The translations under genes were made by a program, and so were the position numbers. Below, piece by piece: positions 1 to 7,306 of a DNA stretch of 56,041 bases. The stretch is from Phycisphaerales bacterium UBA2266 (GTDB taxonomy: Bacteria > Planctomycetota > Phycisphaerae > Sedimentisphaerales > Anaerobacaceae), in the NCBI GenBank assembly GCA_002347125.1, contig DDXG01000263.1, positions 1 through 56,041 on the forward strand. Reading direction: 5' to 3'. The notes beneath the pieces were generated by a model. That model searched no databases and was not told the DNA's origin. It saw only the letters and a program-made list of their open reading frames with translations. Every line of letters begins with the position of its first letter. The stretch's first letter is position 1.

Positions 1-1
1 G

Positions 2-1198
2 CGCTTTTTCGAGCGCCTGGCCCTTCTGGGCCGGTTCCGGAAAAGGTTTTTCGCGGCGACGGCATTCAACGAGGGCGTGGAGATTCTCGCGCAGACCGCC
101 GCCAACCTGGCGAACAAAAAGGTTGGCGCGCTGATCGTGATTCAGGGACACGATCCGCTGGACCGGCATCTCACGGGGGGGCACCGTCTGAACGGTATCC
201 TCAGCCAACCTCTGCTGGAAAGCATCTTCGACCCCCATTCGATCGGGCACGACGGCGCCGTCCTTGTCGACGGCAACCGGCTGATGCGGTTCGGCTGCCA
301 CCTTCCCCTCTCGGCGGACGCATCGCAGTACGGAGGTCTGGGTCTCCGACACACGGCGGCCCTCGGCCTGTCGGAGCGGTCCGACGCCATCTGCATCGTG
401 GTCTCCGAGGAGAGGGGGACCATTTCCATCGCCCAGGGGGAGCGCATCCGGCAGATCCCCAACGCCTCCGCCCTGCGCGTCGAATTGGAGTCCTTCTACG
501 CCTGGCGGAACCCGCCCACCAAAACGGGGCCGGTCGTCCGCTGGCTGAAGGAAAACCAAAGGGAGAAGGTGATTGCCGTCGTGCTCGCCTGCACGCTCTG
601 GGCCATCTTCGGATACCAGCGGGAGACGATCCGACGGGATTTTACAGTTCCCATCGAGTACCGGAACCCACCGGCGGAGTGGGTCATCGAAGAGCCTCAG
701 GTGACGACCGCAAAGATCATGCTGACGGGACACGCCCAGGCCTTCCAGCTCCTGCGTGAGGACGAGCTCAAGATCTCGGTGGATATGGCGGATGTCAAGC
801 CCGGGAAACAAGAGGTTACGCTGACCCGCGCCATGGTCAGGGCGCCCTCCAACCTCACGGTCGCCGGGATCAGCCCGGATCGCATCACGGTCGTCACGTC
901 CCGCCTGATCTCGAGGACCATCCCCATCGAGGTCCTGACGGAAAACGCCCCCCCGCAAGGGTTCATCGTCCAGAAGATCACCGTAACCCCGACCGAAGCG
1001 AGGGTTCTCATCCCGCGCCGTCTCAGCGACAAGAGGATCCGGATCATGACGGAGCCGATCGACCTATCGCAACTGGACGTCCAAAGGGCCTTCACGCCGT
1101 CTCTGCGGTACCCGACGGATATTCAGTTTGCAGGAGGGAAAACGCCCGCCGTCCGGGTCGTCGTCTCCACGCTTCAAGGACCCGCGCCGACCCGGTAG
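2..1198 (+). CDS. Diadenylate cyclase (DAC/DisA_N) domain fused to a TM helix and YbbR-type (CdaR-like) repeats; the 5' end lies outside the window
   Basis: The frame is open from nt 2, so the listed GTG at 77 is not the true start. DAC signatures: KKVGALIVI, HDGAVLVDG, GLGLRHTAALGLSERSDAICIVVSEERGTISIA. These are followed by a hydrophobic helix (VIAVVLACTLWAIFGY) and beta-rich repeats (FTVPIEYRN...ISPDRITVV; IPIEVLTEN...ITVTPTEARVL...TEPIDLSQL) typical of YbbR domains. Confidence 0.8.
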   Translation, partial: RFFERLALLGRFRKRFFAATAFNEGVEILAQTAANLANKKVGALIVIQGHDPLDRHLTGGHRLNGILSQPLLESIFDPHSIGHDGAVLVDGNRLMRFGCHLPLSADASQYGGLGLRHTAALGLSERSDAICIVVSEERGTISIAQGERIRQIPNASALRVELESFYAWRNPPTKTGPVVRWLKENQREKVIAVVLACTLWAIFGYQRETIRRDFTVPIEYRNPPAEWVIEEPQVTTAKIMLTGHAQAFQLLREDELKISVDMADVKPGKQEVTLTRAMVRAPSNLTVAGISPDRITVVTSRLISRTIPIEVLTENAPPQGFIVQKITVTPTEARVLIPRRLSDKRIRIMTEPIDLSQLDVQRAFTPSLRYPTDIQFAGGKTPAVRVVVSTLQGPAPTR

Positions 1199-1204
1199 AG
1201 ATCC

Positions 1205-2683
1205 TCAGCGGTATGTCTCTTTTCTGATCCCGTATCTGCGCAGGAGTTTGCTGATCTGGCGAACCGTTACGCCGGCGGATTCCGCTGTCCGGTTGATCCG
1301 GCCGCCGTTTCGGGCGAGGAGCTCCCGGAGATACGTTTTCTCAGCCTCCGCGACGGCCCGCGCTCGCACCTCCGACAGCTTCATGCCGATACCCGCGGAC
1401 GGTGGGGCGGTCAAGGGAAGGCCGGCGAAGAGTTCCGCCGGAAAACTGGCCGGGGTCAGGATCGAGGAAGTCTCCAGGATGCAGGCGCGTTCCACCAGGT
1501 TTTCCAGTTCCCGGATGTTCCCGGGCCAGGAATATCGCTGAAACGCCTCCATCACCTGGGGCTGCACATAGTGGATTCCCCTGTGGTTGAACCGGTTCAT
1601 TTTCCGGAGGAAGATTTCCGTGAGCTGCGGGATATCTTCCCGGCGCTCCCGGAGCGGCGGGATCTCAATCGGAAAGACATTCAACCGGTAAAAGAGGTCG
1701 TTCCGGAAGAGACCCTGCTCCACCATCTGTCCGAGATCCCGGTTCGAGGCGGCGATCACCCGCACATCGGTTTCAATGACCGCCTCGCCTCCGACCCGCT
1801 GAAAGGTCCGCTCCTGAAGAACCTGAAGGAGTTTGATCTGCGCGGCGGGAGTGATCGTGCCGATTTCGTCGAGGAAGATCGTCCCCCCGTGGGCCAGCTC
1901 GAACTTCCCCAGCTTCCGCCGAACGGCGCCGGTAAAAGCTCCCTTCTCGTGGCCGAACAGTTCGCTCTCGAGCAGCGAGTCGCTGAGGGCGGCACAGTTG
2001 ACCCGGATATAGGGCCCGGCGGCGCGTCGGCTCTTGTAGTGAACCAGATAGGCGATCAGCTCCTTGCCGACGCCGCTTTCTCCGGCGATCAGAACGGGGG
2101 CGGAGGTAACGGCCACGCGCTTGGCCAGTTCCACGCACTGGATCATGCGTGGGCTTCGTCCGATGATCTCGAAGAGGCAGCCGCGGCCTTCACGCGCGGC
2201 GGCGATCTTTGCGACACCGTGGTTCGGCAGGTATGTATCGAGCAGATGTTCAAAGCGGCCGCGGTCGACGGGCTTGACCAGAAAATCGCAACAGCCCAGA
2301 CGCATGGCGTCGACAGCCGTGTCGATGCCGGACGAAAGCAACTCGCGTATCGGAGCATCACGGGGGGGGGTGGCATCGCCGAGCATGACGACGGGTAATT
2401 CGGGAGCGGTTTGGCGGATGCGCGACAGGAGCGAGAGTCCGGCGGCCGGCGATCCGGCGGTTGAGCCAATCGCTCCGGCGATGAAAGCGGCATCCACAAC
2501 ACGCTTGTCCACATATTCCATGGCCGCGGCCGCGTCGTCCACGAGATAGGCGAGGATGCCTTTGCGGGCGAGTATCTCCAGCATGAGCCGCCCGGACTGG
2601 GGGTCGCCGTCCACGATCAGGACGCTGGCCGTGGCGTTGGGCCGTTCAAGCCGGATATCCGGGTTTGCGGGGTTACTGCTCAT
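1205..2683 (-). CDS. Sigma-54-dependent enhancer-binding protein (NtrC/FleQ-FlrA class): degenerate receiver + AAA+ + Fis-type HTH
   Basis: Walker A GESGVGKE, sigma-54 contact loop ESELFGHEKGAFTGA, Walker B TIFLDEIG, C-terminal HTH NRTAESAGVTVRQISKLLRRYGI. The ATG at 2683 overlaps the stop of the upstream gene (2673) by 11 nt. Confidence 0.9.
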   Translation of the reverse strand: MSSNPANPDIRLERPNATASVLIVDGDPQSGRLMLEILARKGILAYLVDDAAAAMEYVDKRVVDAAFIAGAIGSTAGSPAAGLSLLSRIRQTAPELPVVMLGDATPPRDAPIRELLSSGIDTAVDAMRLGCCDFLVKPVDRGRFEHLLDTYLPNHGVAKIAAAREGRGCLFEIIGRSPRMIQCVELAKRVAVTSAPVLIAGESGVGKELIAYLVHYKSRRAAGPYIRVNCAALSDSLLESELFGHEKGAFTGAVRRKLGKFELAHGGTIFLDEIGTITPAAQIKLLQVLQERTFQRVGGEAVIETDVRVIAASNRDLGQMVEQGLFRNDLFYRLNVFPIEIPPLRERREDIPQLTEIFLRKMNRFNHRGIHYVQPQVMEAFQRYSWPGNIRELENLVERACILETSSILTPASFPAELFAGLPLTAPPSAGIGMKLSEVRARAVAEAEKTYLRELLARNGGRINRTAESAGVTVRQISKLLRRYGIRKETYR

Positions 2684-3680
2684 TCTGGACGATTCCCTCG
2701 ACCTTGGACAACTGTCGGGCTTGGGCTATTTCGGTTCTGCACTGTTCGAGCAAGTCGAGCGGTTTGTCTTGGACCAGCCAGCCGATGAGTTCCATCTGTG
2801 TTTTGGCAATGGCCACCCACGGGGACTGGGGGAATTCCCGGAGCAGGGCCCGGTAGGATTCCATCGCCGCGGCGGCGTCAGTCTCGTGCAGACACTTGCC
2901 CCGCTGGAGCAGCGTCCAAGCGCGATCGTCGGCGGTGCGACGGTCGTTCGGGTCCATGACCGCAAGCAGCTTGCCGTAGAGCGCGGCCGCCTCGGGCTTG
3001 CGTCCGCTGCGAAGGAGCACCTCGGCCAGGGTCAGTGCGTCGGCCACGGGGCGAGAGGCGTCGAGCTGCTTGCGGACCTCGGCGGCCGTGGCTTCCGTGA
3101 TTCCATCGCCCACAGCCGATGCCGAGGCGATTGCCCTTGGCCCGGTGGTTTGCCAACGGGGGCTATGTAATGCCTGATTCGCATCTGCCGGTATCGGCGG
3201 TACGGTGTTTGGATCGGTGCGCTGTCTGCAGGCTTGGCCGTACCGCTCGCCGGCGTCTTCGTCCGGATGGTCTCCCAGGTCGATCCGCACGGAACGGACC
3301 ATCTCAATCAGTTGCCGTAGCGCCTCACGGCTATCGGACGGCCTGGCTGTCTGGGGGGCGGCGACGCGCTCCTTCCATGCCGTCACGGTTTGCTTATTGG
3401 CGGTGATCTGTTCGAAGGAGGCAGTGAAGGCGTTGGTGTCCGCCGCGACAGGCGTATTGGCTGCTTCGGCCGCGGGGTTGGCGTTCGGATCGATGCCCGC
3501 GGAGTTGGGGTCCGCAATGGCTGTTGGGGCGTTCGGTTCCGTGCTCGGCAGCGGAATTGGGTTGGGGGTCGCCAGGGCCGGTGTGTGCGAGGACGCGAAC
3601 AGCAGTATGAGGAGGATTGACGCGACGCCGCCGTCAAACCGGAAACCCCATGCTCGCCTTGTATGGTCTTCGATATACAT
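2673..3680 (-). CDS. Hypothetical signal-anchored/secreted protein with a Pro/Ala/Asn-rich linker and a C-terminal TPR/YbgF-like region
   Basis: The N-terminal hydrophobic segment VASILLILLFASSHTPALA is followed by low-complexity sequence. The C-terminus (AEVLLRSGRKPEAAALYGKLL...YRALLREFPQSPWVAIAKTQMELIGW) looks TPR-like. The gene sits between two overlapping or tightly spaced genes of the same operon. Confidence 0.6.
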   Translation of the reverse strand: MYIEDHTRRAWGFRFDGGVASILLILLFASSHTPALATPNPIPLPSTEPNAPTAIADPNSAGIDPNANPAAEAANTPVAADTNAFTASFEQITANKQTVTAWKERVAAPQTARPSDSREALRQLIEMVRSVRIDLGDHPDEDAGERYGQACRQRTDPNTVPPIPADANQALHSPRWQTTGPRAIASASAVGDGITEATAAEVRKQLDASRPVADALTLAEVLLRSGRKPEAAALYGKLLAVMDPNDRRTADDRAWTLLQRGKCLHETDAAAAMESYRALLREFPQSPWVAIAKTQMELIGWLVQDKPLDLLEQCRTEIAQARQLSKVEGIVQNEQ

Positions 3681-3699
3681 ATTGCTGTGGACTTCGATT

Positions 3700-6261
3700 T
3701 CAGCGGGTGGCGTAATCGGTTGAGACGGCGCCGACGGGTGTTGCCATGCTCGACGTCTGCGTGGGCACGTCGGCGGGCTTCCATTGCCCGATCAGAGCCT
3801 GCGCGGCCCGCTCATAGTCGCGCCGGCGGGCATAGGCGTGCGCCAGCAGCCGGAGAGTTTGCTGCTTGAGGTCGTCCGACGGGTCCGACTGGAGCAACTC
3901 CAGGCACATCCCCACGGTTTGCTCGTCGCGGCCCAACTCGAAACAGGCGGCAGCCAGTTCTTGTTGCACGGTCTGAGCGGTGGGTCCCGGCGCGGCGTAG
4001 ATGAGTATGTCGCTGAGACACTGAGCGGCGTCGTCGGTGCGGCCCTGGGCCTTGAGGGACCGGGCCAGTTCCAGATTTGCACGGGCTTTGAGTTCAGGGT
4101 CGACCAGATACTGCACGCGGTGGCGGATGAGTCCGGCGGAGGTGTCCGCCAGTCCGATCCGGCACAGTACACGGGCCTTGAGCAGGACGACCTCGAGTGC
4201 GTGTTCCTGTGAGAACTGCTGGGCTTCAGAGATGTCGAGGATATCGAGGGCTTCGAGGAACTCCTCGGCGGCCATGTGGGCCCGGACGAGGGTCAGGAGC
4301 GTCTCAACGTATTGCTCTTTGGACGACATGCCACGAAGCGCCAGCCGTAGGACTTTCTTGGCTTCATCGGCCCGGCCGAGCTCCATGTTGGCCTTGCCTA
4401 GCATCAGGCAGGCCCCGGGGAGGTTGCGCGACCGCATGTCCTTGACGAGGTTGACGTAGCGGGTGAGCCATTTGACGGCGTCCGCATATTCCTTCTGATT
4501 GTAGAGGCCCGTGCCGGCCCCTAATGCAGCGGCCTGCTGGGTGTCTGCGGAGACGGCCACGTTATAAACCTTGGTGTAGAGTCTCACGGCCTCGGCGGCC
4601 ATGCCTGTCTTGAGGGTGGCGTCGGCCAGGTACAGGCACGCACGGTCGGCGAACGATGTGTCAGGGTACTGCTCGACAAGCTGCTGAAGGTCCTTCTGAG
4701 CGCCCGGGTAATCCATGAGGTTGGTGCGAACCCGGCTGGAATTCAGGAGGGCGTACGGAGCCAGGCCGTTGCGAGGAAACCTGTTGGCGACCATCTTGTA
4801 CTCGGCGATAGCCTCGTCGGGGCGTCCAGCCTGCGTCTGCATCAAGCCGAGGGCGAAGTGGACGTTGGCCATGCGGTCATCGGCGTGGTGCTTGAGGGAG
4901 AATCGGCGCCACAGGCGGATGCACTCTTCGGTCAGGGTGGCGATGTGCTCGGACAGGGAAGTGTACTCGGCAGGGTCCGTCAGGGTCAGGAGACCCCTTT
5001 CGTCGGCCTGAACGAGCAGGCCGCTGCACCCGGCAACGAGGGCTGCTATGTCGTCCATCGGCGCATCGGAGGCGTAGAGTACGACCGCTCGCTTGCGGAC
5101 TCCCACGGAGTCGGCGCCCAGGTCCCGGCGCACGTCCAGGCCCGCATTGGCGGCGAAACGGGCGAGAAGTTCTTCCATGGGCGCGCCGTTGCACACGACT
5201 GTGAAGAGGCGGCCGCCTTTGCCGTCGTCGCTATCCTGGACTTCAGGCCCCAGCATGGCTGACTCGAGCCTGGCTCGTCCGGCATCCAAGCATTGCCGAA
5301 TCTGTTTCTCCTTGATCCCCTGTACTGGGTCGTTGGTGAGACTGCCGGCCGTCCAGAGTTCGGCGGGGCAGTCCTTGTCGATATCGCGGAGCGTGAGGAC
5401 TTGTCGGGTCAGGGCCTGGGCCGTGATGAAGCCACAGTCCCGTCTCAAGGCCTCAAGGTGGTCTTGGGGAAGACCTGTGCTCTGAACCAGTGCGTAGGCC
5501 TGATACGCGGCCATTCTTGCGGAGAGGAACTGCTTCTTCTCGAATTCGATCTGGCTGCGATGGTAGTAGGCCAAGGCCCGGACGAAGGGTGAGGCGCTGG
5601 AGGATATCTGTCGCAACAGCAGGCCGGCGGACTCCAATTCCGCCTTCCTACTGAGGCAAAGGGCCATCTTCAGCGTCAGGAAGTCCCGCATCATGGTCTC
5701 AGCGGGCTGTTCGGCCAGGCCGGCGGCCAACTGCTGATAGGCTGCGTACGCCTGCTCGTAGTCCTTCTCGGCATAGAGACCTTCGGCAACGCTCAGCGAG
5801 ACGGCCGATAAGGCCGGCACCGGGGCCTGCTGCATCAACTCGGCAGCTTCGGTCGGCCCGCCGGGGGTGTAGGGTGGAATATGGGCCCGCGGTTCGGCAT
5901 CGACGCCCTTGGGCTGCGTGGGCGGACTGTCAGGCGGCGACGCGACCCGGCGTCCGATGGACCGTGCCAGAAACGGGTAGAGCATGACAGCCGCGACGGC
6001 TAGAATCGTGGCGGCCAGGAGTATCTGAGCCCGTGAGAAGCGGGGGCGAGCAAATGGTTCGCGGAATGAGCCGATTTCCTCAGCGGATTCGCTGACGCTG
6101 GGACGTTCAACGGGACGCACGACCTGCTTCAAGAACGGCAGCTCAGTGGCGAACACGTCTTCATCGGTCAAGTCCTCGCTTACCGTAGCAGCGAAGAGCT
6201 CCTGGTCGCTGGGCGCCGGGTCATTGTGGCCTTGGGTCCTGTTGTGCTCTTCGTCCGTCAT
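3700..6261 (-). CDS. Large TPR-repeat protein with a single N-terminal TM anchor (853 aa)
   Basis: TM helix ILLAATILAVAAVMLYPFLA lies at about aa 90. Many TPR-like helical pairs follow (AYAAYQQLAAG..., ALGLMQTQAGRPDEAIAEYKMVANRFP..., MLGKANMELGRADEAKKVL..., ACFELGRDEQTVGMCLELL...). It is the first gene of the leftward operon, 19 nt upstream of the next gene. Confidence 0.75.
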   Translation of the reverse strand: MTDEEHNRTQGHNDPAPSDQELFAATVSEDLTDEDVFATELPFLKQVVRPVERPSVSESAEEIGSFREPFARPRFSRAQILLAATILAVAAVMLYPFLARSIGRRVASPPDSPPTQPKGVDAEPRAHIPPYTPGGPTEAAELMQQAPVPALSAVSLSVAEGLYAEKDYEQAYAAYQQLAAGLAEQPAETMMRDFLTLKMALCLSRKAELESAGLLLRQISSSASPFVRALAYYHRSQIEFEKKQFLSARMAAYQAYALVQSTGLPQDHLEALRRDCGFITAQALTRQVLTLRDIDKDCPAELWTAGSLTNDPVQGIKEKQIRQCLDAGRARLESAMLGPEVQDSDDGKGGRLFTVVCNGAPMEELLARFAANAGLDVRRDLGADSVGVRKRAVVLYASDAPMDDIAALVAGCSGLLVQADERGLLTLTDPAEYTSLSEHIATLTEECIRLWRRFSLKHHADDRMANVHFALGLMQTQAGRPDEAIAEYKMVANRFPRNGLAPYALLNSSRVRTNLMDYPGAQKDLQQLVEQYPDTSFADRACLYLADATLKTGMAAEAVRLYTKVYNVAVSADTQQAAALGAGTGLYNQKEYADAVKWLTRYVNLVKDMRSRNLPGACLMLGKANMELGRADEAKKVLRLALRGMSSKEQYVETLLTLVRAHMAAEEFLEALDILDISEAQQFSQEHALEVVLLKARVLCRIGLADTSAGLIRHRVQYLVDPELKARANLELARSLKAQGRTDDAAQCLSDILIYAAPGPTAQTVQQELAAACFELGRDEQTVGMCLELLQSDPSDDLKQQTLRLLAHAYARRRDYERAAQALIGQWKPADVPTQTSSMATPVGAVSTDYATR

Positions 6262-6348
6262 GGGGCGCGTCGTTCAGATACGGCGTGAGTCCCCCGGCCC
6301 GGTGCCGGGTCAGTGCGCAAAGAGCTCACGTTGTGTTTTTCTGGTGGA

Positions 6349-6363
6349 GCAAGGTGCGTGCCA
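6349..6363 (-). promoter_or_regulatory. Candidate sigma-54 (-24/-12) promoter driving the leftward operon (TPR protein, secreted protein, sigma-54 activator)
   Basis: The minus strand reads TGGCACgcaccTTGC (plus strand GCAAggtgcGTGCCA), an exact match to TGGCAC-N5-TTGC. It lies about 85-100 nt upstream of the ATG at 6261. Confidence 0.7.
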
Positions 6364-6670
6364 GGGGCGATGAACGCGGCGTCAAGGTAGCCGAACATTC
6401 CATTCCGGGCTGTAAGGCGTGGTGGTTCCACGCGAGAGGGGGATTGCCTGGGCACGCGGGCTGTCGGGATTCCATACAGGCCATTCGCTTTTCCGACAGG
6501 CGATGGGAGCTGCCGCGCTGCGGCCGGCGTCTTGGGGCCTTTGTGCCTTTGAGAGACCAGAAGAGCCACGTTCCTAATCAATAACTCAGGAACTACAGGA
6601 CATTGTCCACGGATCAGGCGTGAGACTGGTCCGCCCGAGGCCGTCGGCAGGTCCCTCGGGTTCGGATAGG

Positions 6671-6695
6671 CCGGCACAATCTTCCGTTGTGGCGG
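6671..6695. promoter_or_regulatory. Imperfect inverted repeat, candidate enhancer (UAS) site for the sigma-54 activator
   Basis: CCGGCACAAt-cttccg-tTGTGGCGG has 8 of 9 arm positions complementary. It lies about 125-150 nt upstream of the -24 element at 6820. A further TTGTGCC half-site (reverse complement of GGCACAA) sits at 6541-6547. Confidence 0.25.
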
Positions 6696-6756
6696 AAGAA
6701 GCGTCCCGACCGGATGGCCGGCTGGGGGGCGAAGTGGCACCTCGTCACAGCGAGCC

Positions 6757-6790
6757 AATTAATCTAAGTGCTTTAATAATAGTAGTTTAC
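6757..6790. promoter_or_regulatory. AT-rich tract between the candidate UAS and the sigma-54 promoter (possible DNA-bending/IHF-type site)
   Basis: AATTAATCTAAGTGCTTTAATAATTAGTAGTTTA is the only strongly AT-rich patch I saw in the window. It lies 30-65 nt upstream of the -24 element. Confidence 0.3.
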
Positions 6791-6819
6791 GTCATGTCGA
6801 TTGCGATGGACAGCGACTT

Positions 6820-6835
6820 GGCACGCGGGTTGCAA
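6820..6835 (+). promoter_or_regulatory. Candidate sigma-54 (-24/-12) promoter for the flgD-flgL operon
   Basis: TGGCACgcgggTTGCA is an exact match to TGGCAC-N5-TTGC. It ends 68 nt upstream of the flgD ATG at 6904. Confidence 0.75.
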
Positions 6836-6903
6836 AGAGGTGAGGGCGGGTCGGCCCGCTTGTCTGGTCCGACACAACGATCACCCTCTACAGGACATAT
6901 GGC

Positions 6904-7287
6904 ATGAGCGAAGTTGCGGCGACTCAGTCAGCGGGCACGATGCAGGCCGATTACATGCGGCTGCTGGTGGCCCAACTTCGGCACCAGAATCCGCTGGAGC
7001 CTCTGGACAACAACGAGATGGCCTCGCAGATGGCGTTGTTCTCGCAATTGCAGCAGCTCGAGACGATGAACGGCAGTTTCAGCCAGGTGCTTCGGATTGT
7101 GGAGAGAGACTACGCCGGCAGCCTGATCGGGAAGGTTGTGAGCTTCATAGGCGACACGGGCATGGGCGTGTCAGGTGTTATAAGTGGCGTTGTAGAAACG
7201 GTTTACAATGATGTAGATGGCGATACGGTCCTGTCCGTCGGCGACCACGCGGTCAGCCTCAAGGACGTAATCGCCGTACAGAACTAG
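6904..7287 (+). CDS. flgD: Flagellar hook assembly/capping protein FlgD
   Basis: The N-terminal FlgD signature YMRLLVAQLRHQNPLEPLDNNEMASQMALFSQLQQLE is present. An AGGA lies 7 nt upstream of the ATG, and the gene is immediately upstream of flgE. Confidence 0.9.
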   Translation: MSEVAATQSAGTMQADYMRLLVAQLRHQNPLEPLDNNEMASQMALFSQLQQLETMNGSFSQVLRIVERDYAGSLIGKVVSFIGDTGMGVSGVISGVVETVYNDVDGDTVLSVGDHAVSLKDVIAVQN

Positions 7288-7306
7288 AGAATAGAGGAGT
7301 CAACAC

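Noticed and set aside
1196-1207. Convergent stop codons of the cyclase fusion (1198) and the sigma-54 activator (1205), only 6 nt apart, as a possible bidirectional terminator.
   Set aside because: There is no room for an intergenic hairpin, and I did not find a convincing stem overlapping the two 3' ends.
6447-6465. A possible third sigma-54 site. CTGGGCACGCGGGCTGTCG shares the 10-mer GGCACGCGGG with the flgD promoter. TGGCAC also occurs at 6735-6740.
   Set aside because: Neither has a TTGC/GC element at the -12 position (CTGT and CACA instead). A shared 10-mer within a 640-bp GC-rich region is not clearly beyond chance.
6258-6758. A 166-aa minus-strand ORF, plus the + strand ORFs 6285-6584, 6620-6907 and 6801-7211, all in the flgD upstream region.
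   Set aside because: The translations are Arg/Pro-rich and motif-free, and the ORFs overlap one another. They would run through the two sigma-54 promoter elements and the AT-rich tract. I treat the region as regulatory, non-coding DNA.
6593-6899. An 11-nt direct repeat CTACAGGACAT at 6593-6603 and 6889-6899. The first copy is part of the small palindrome GGACAtTGTCC.
   Set aside because: The second copy simply contains the flgD Shine-Dalgarno sequence. A single 11-mer repeat has marginal significance, and I see no supporting structure or ORF. The 6620-6907 ORF after the first copy is not credible.
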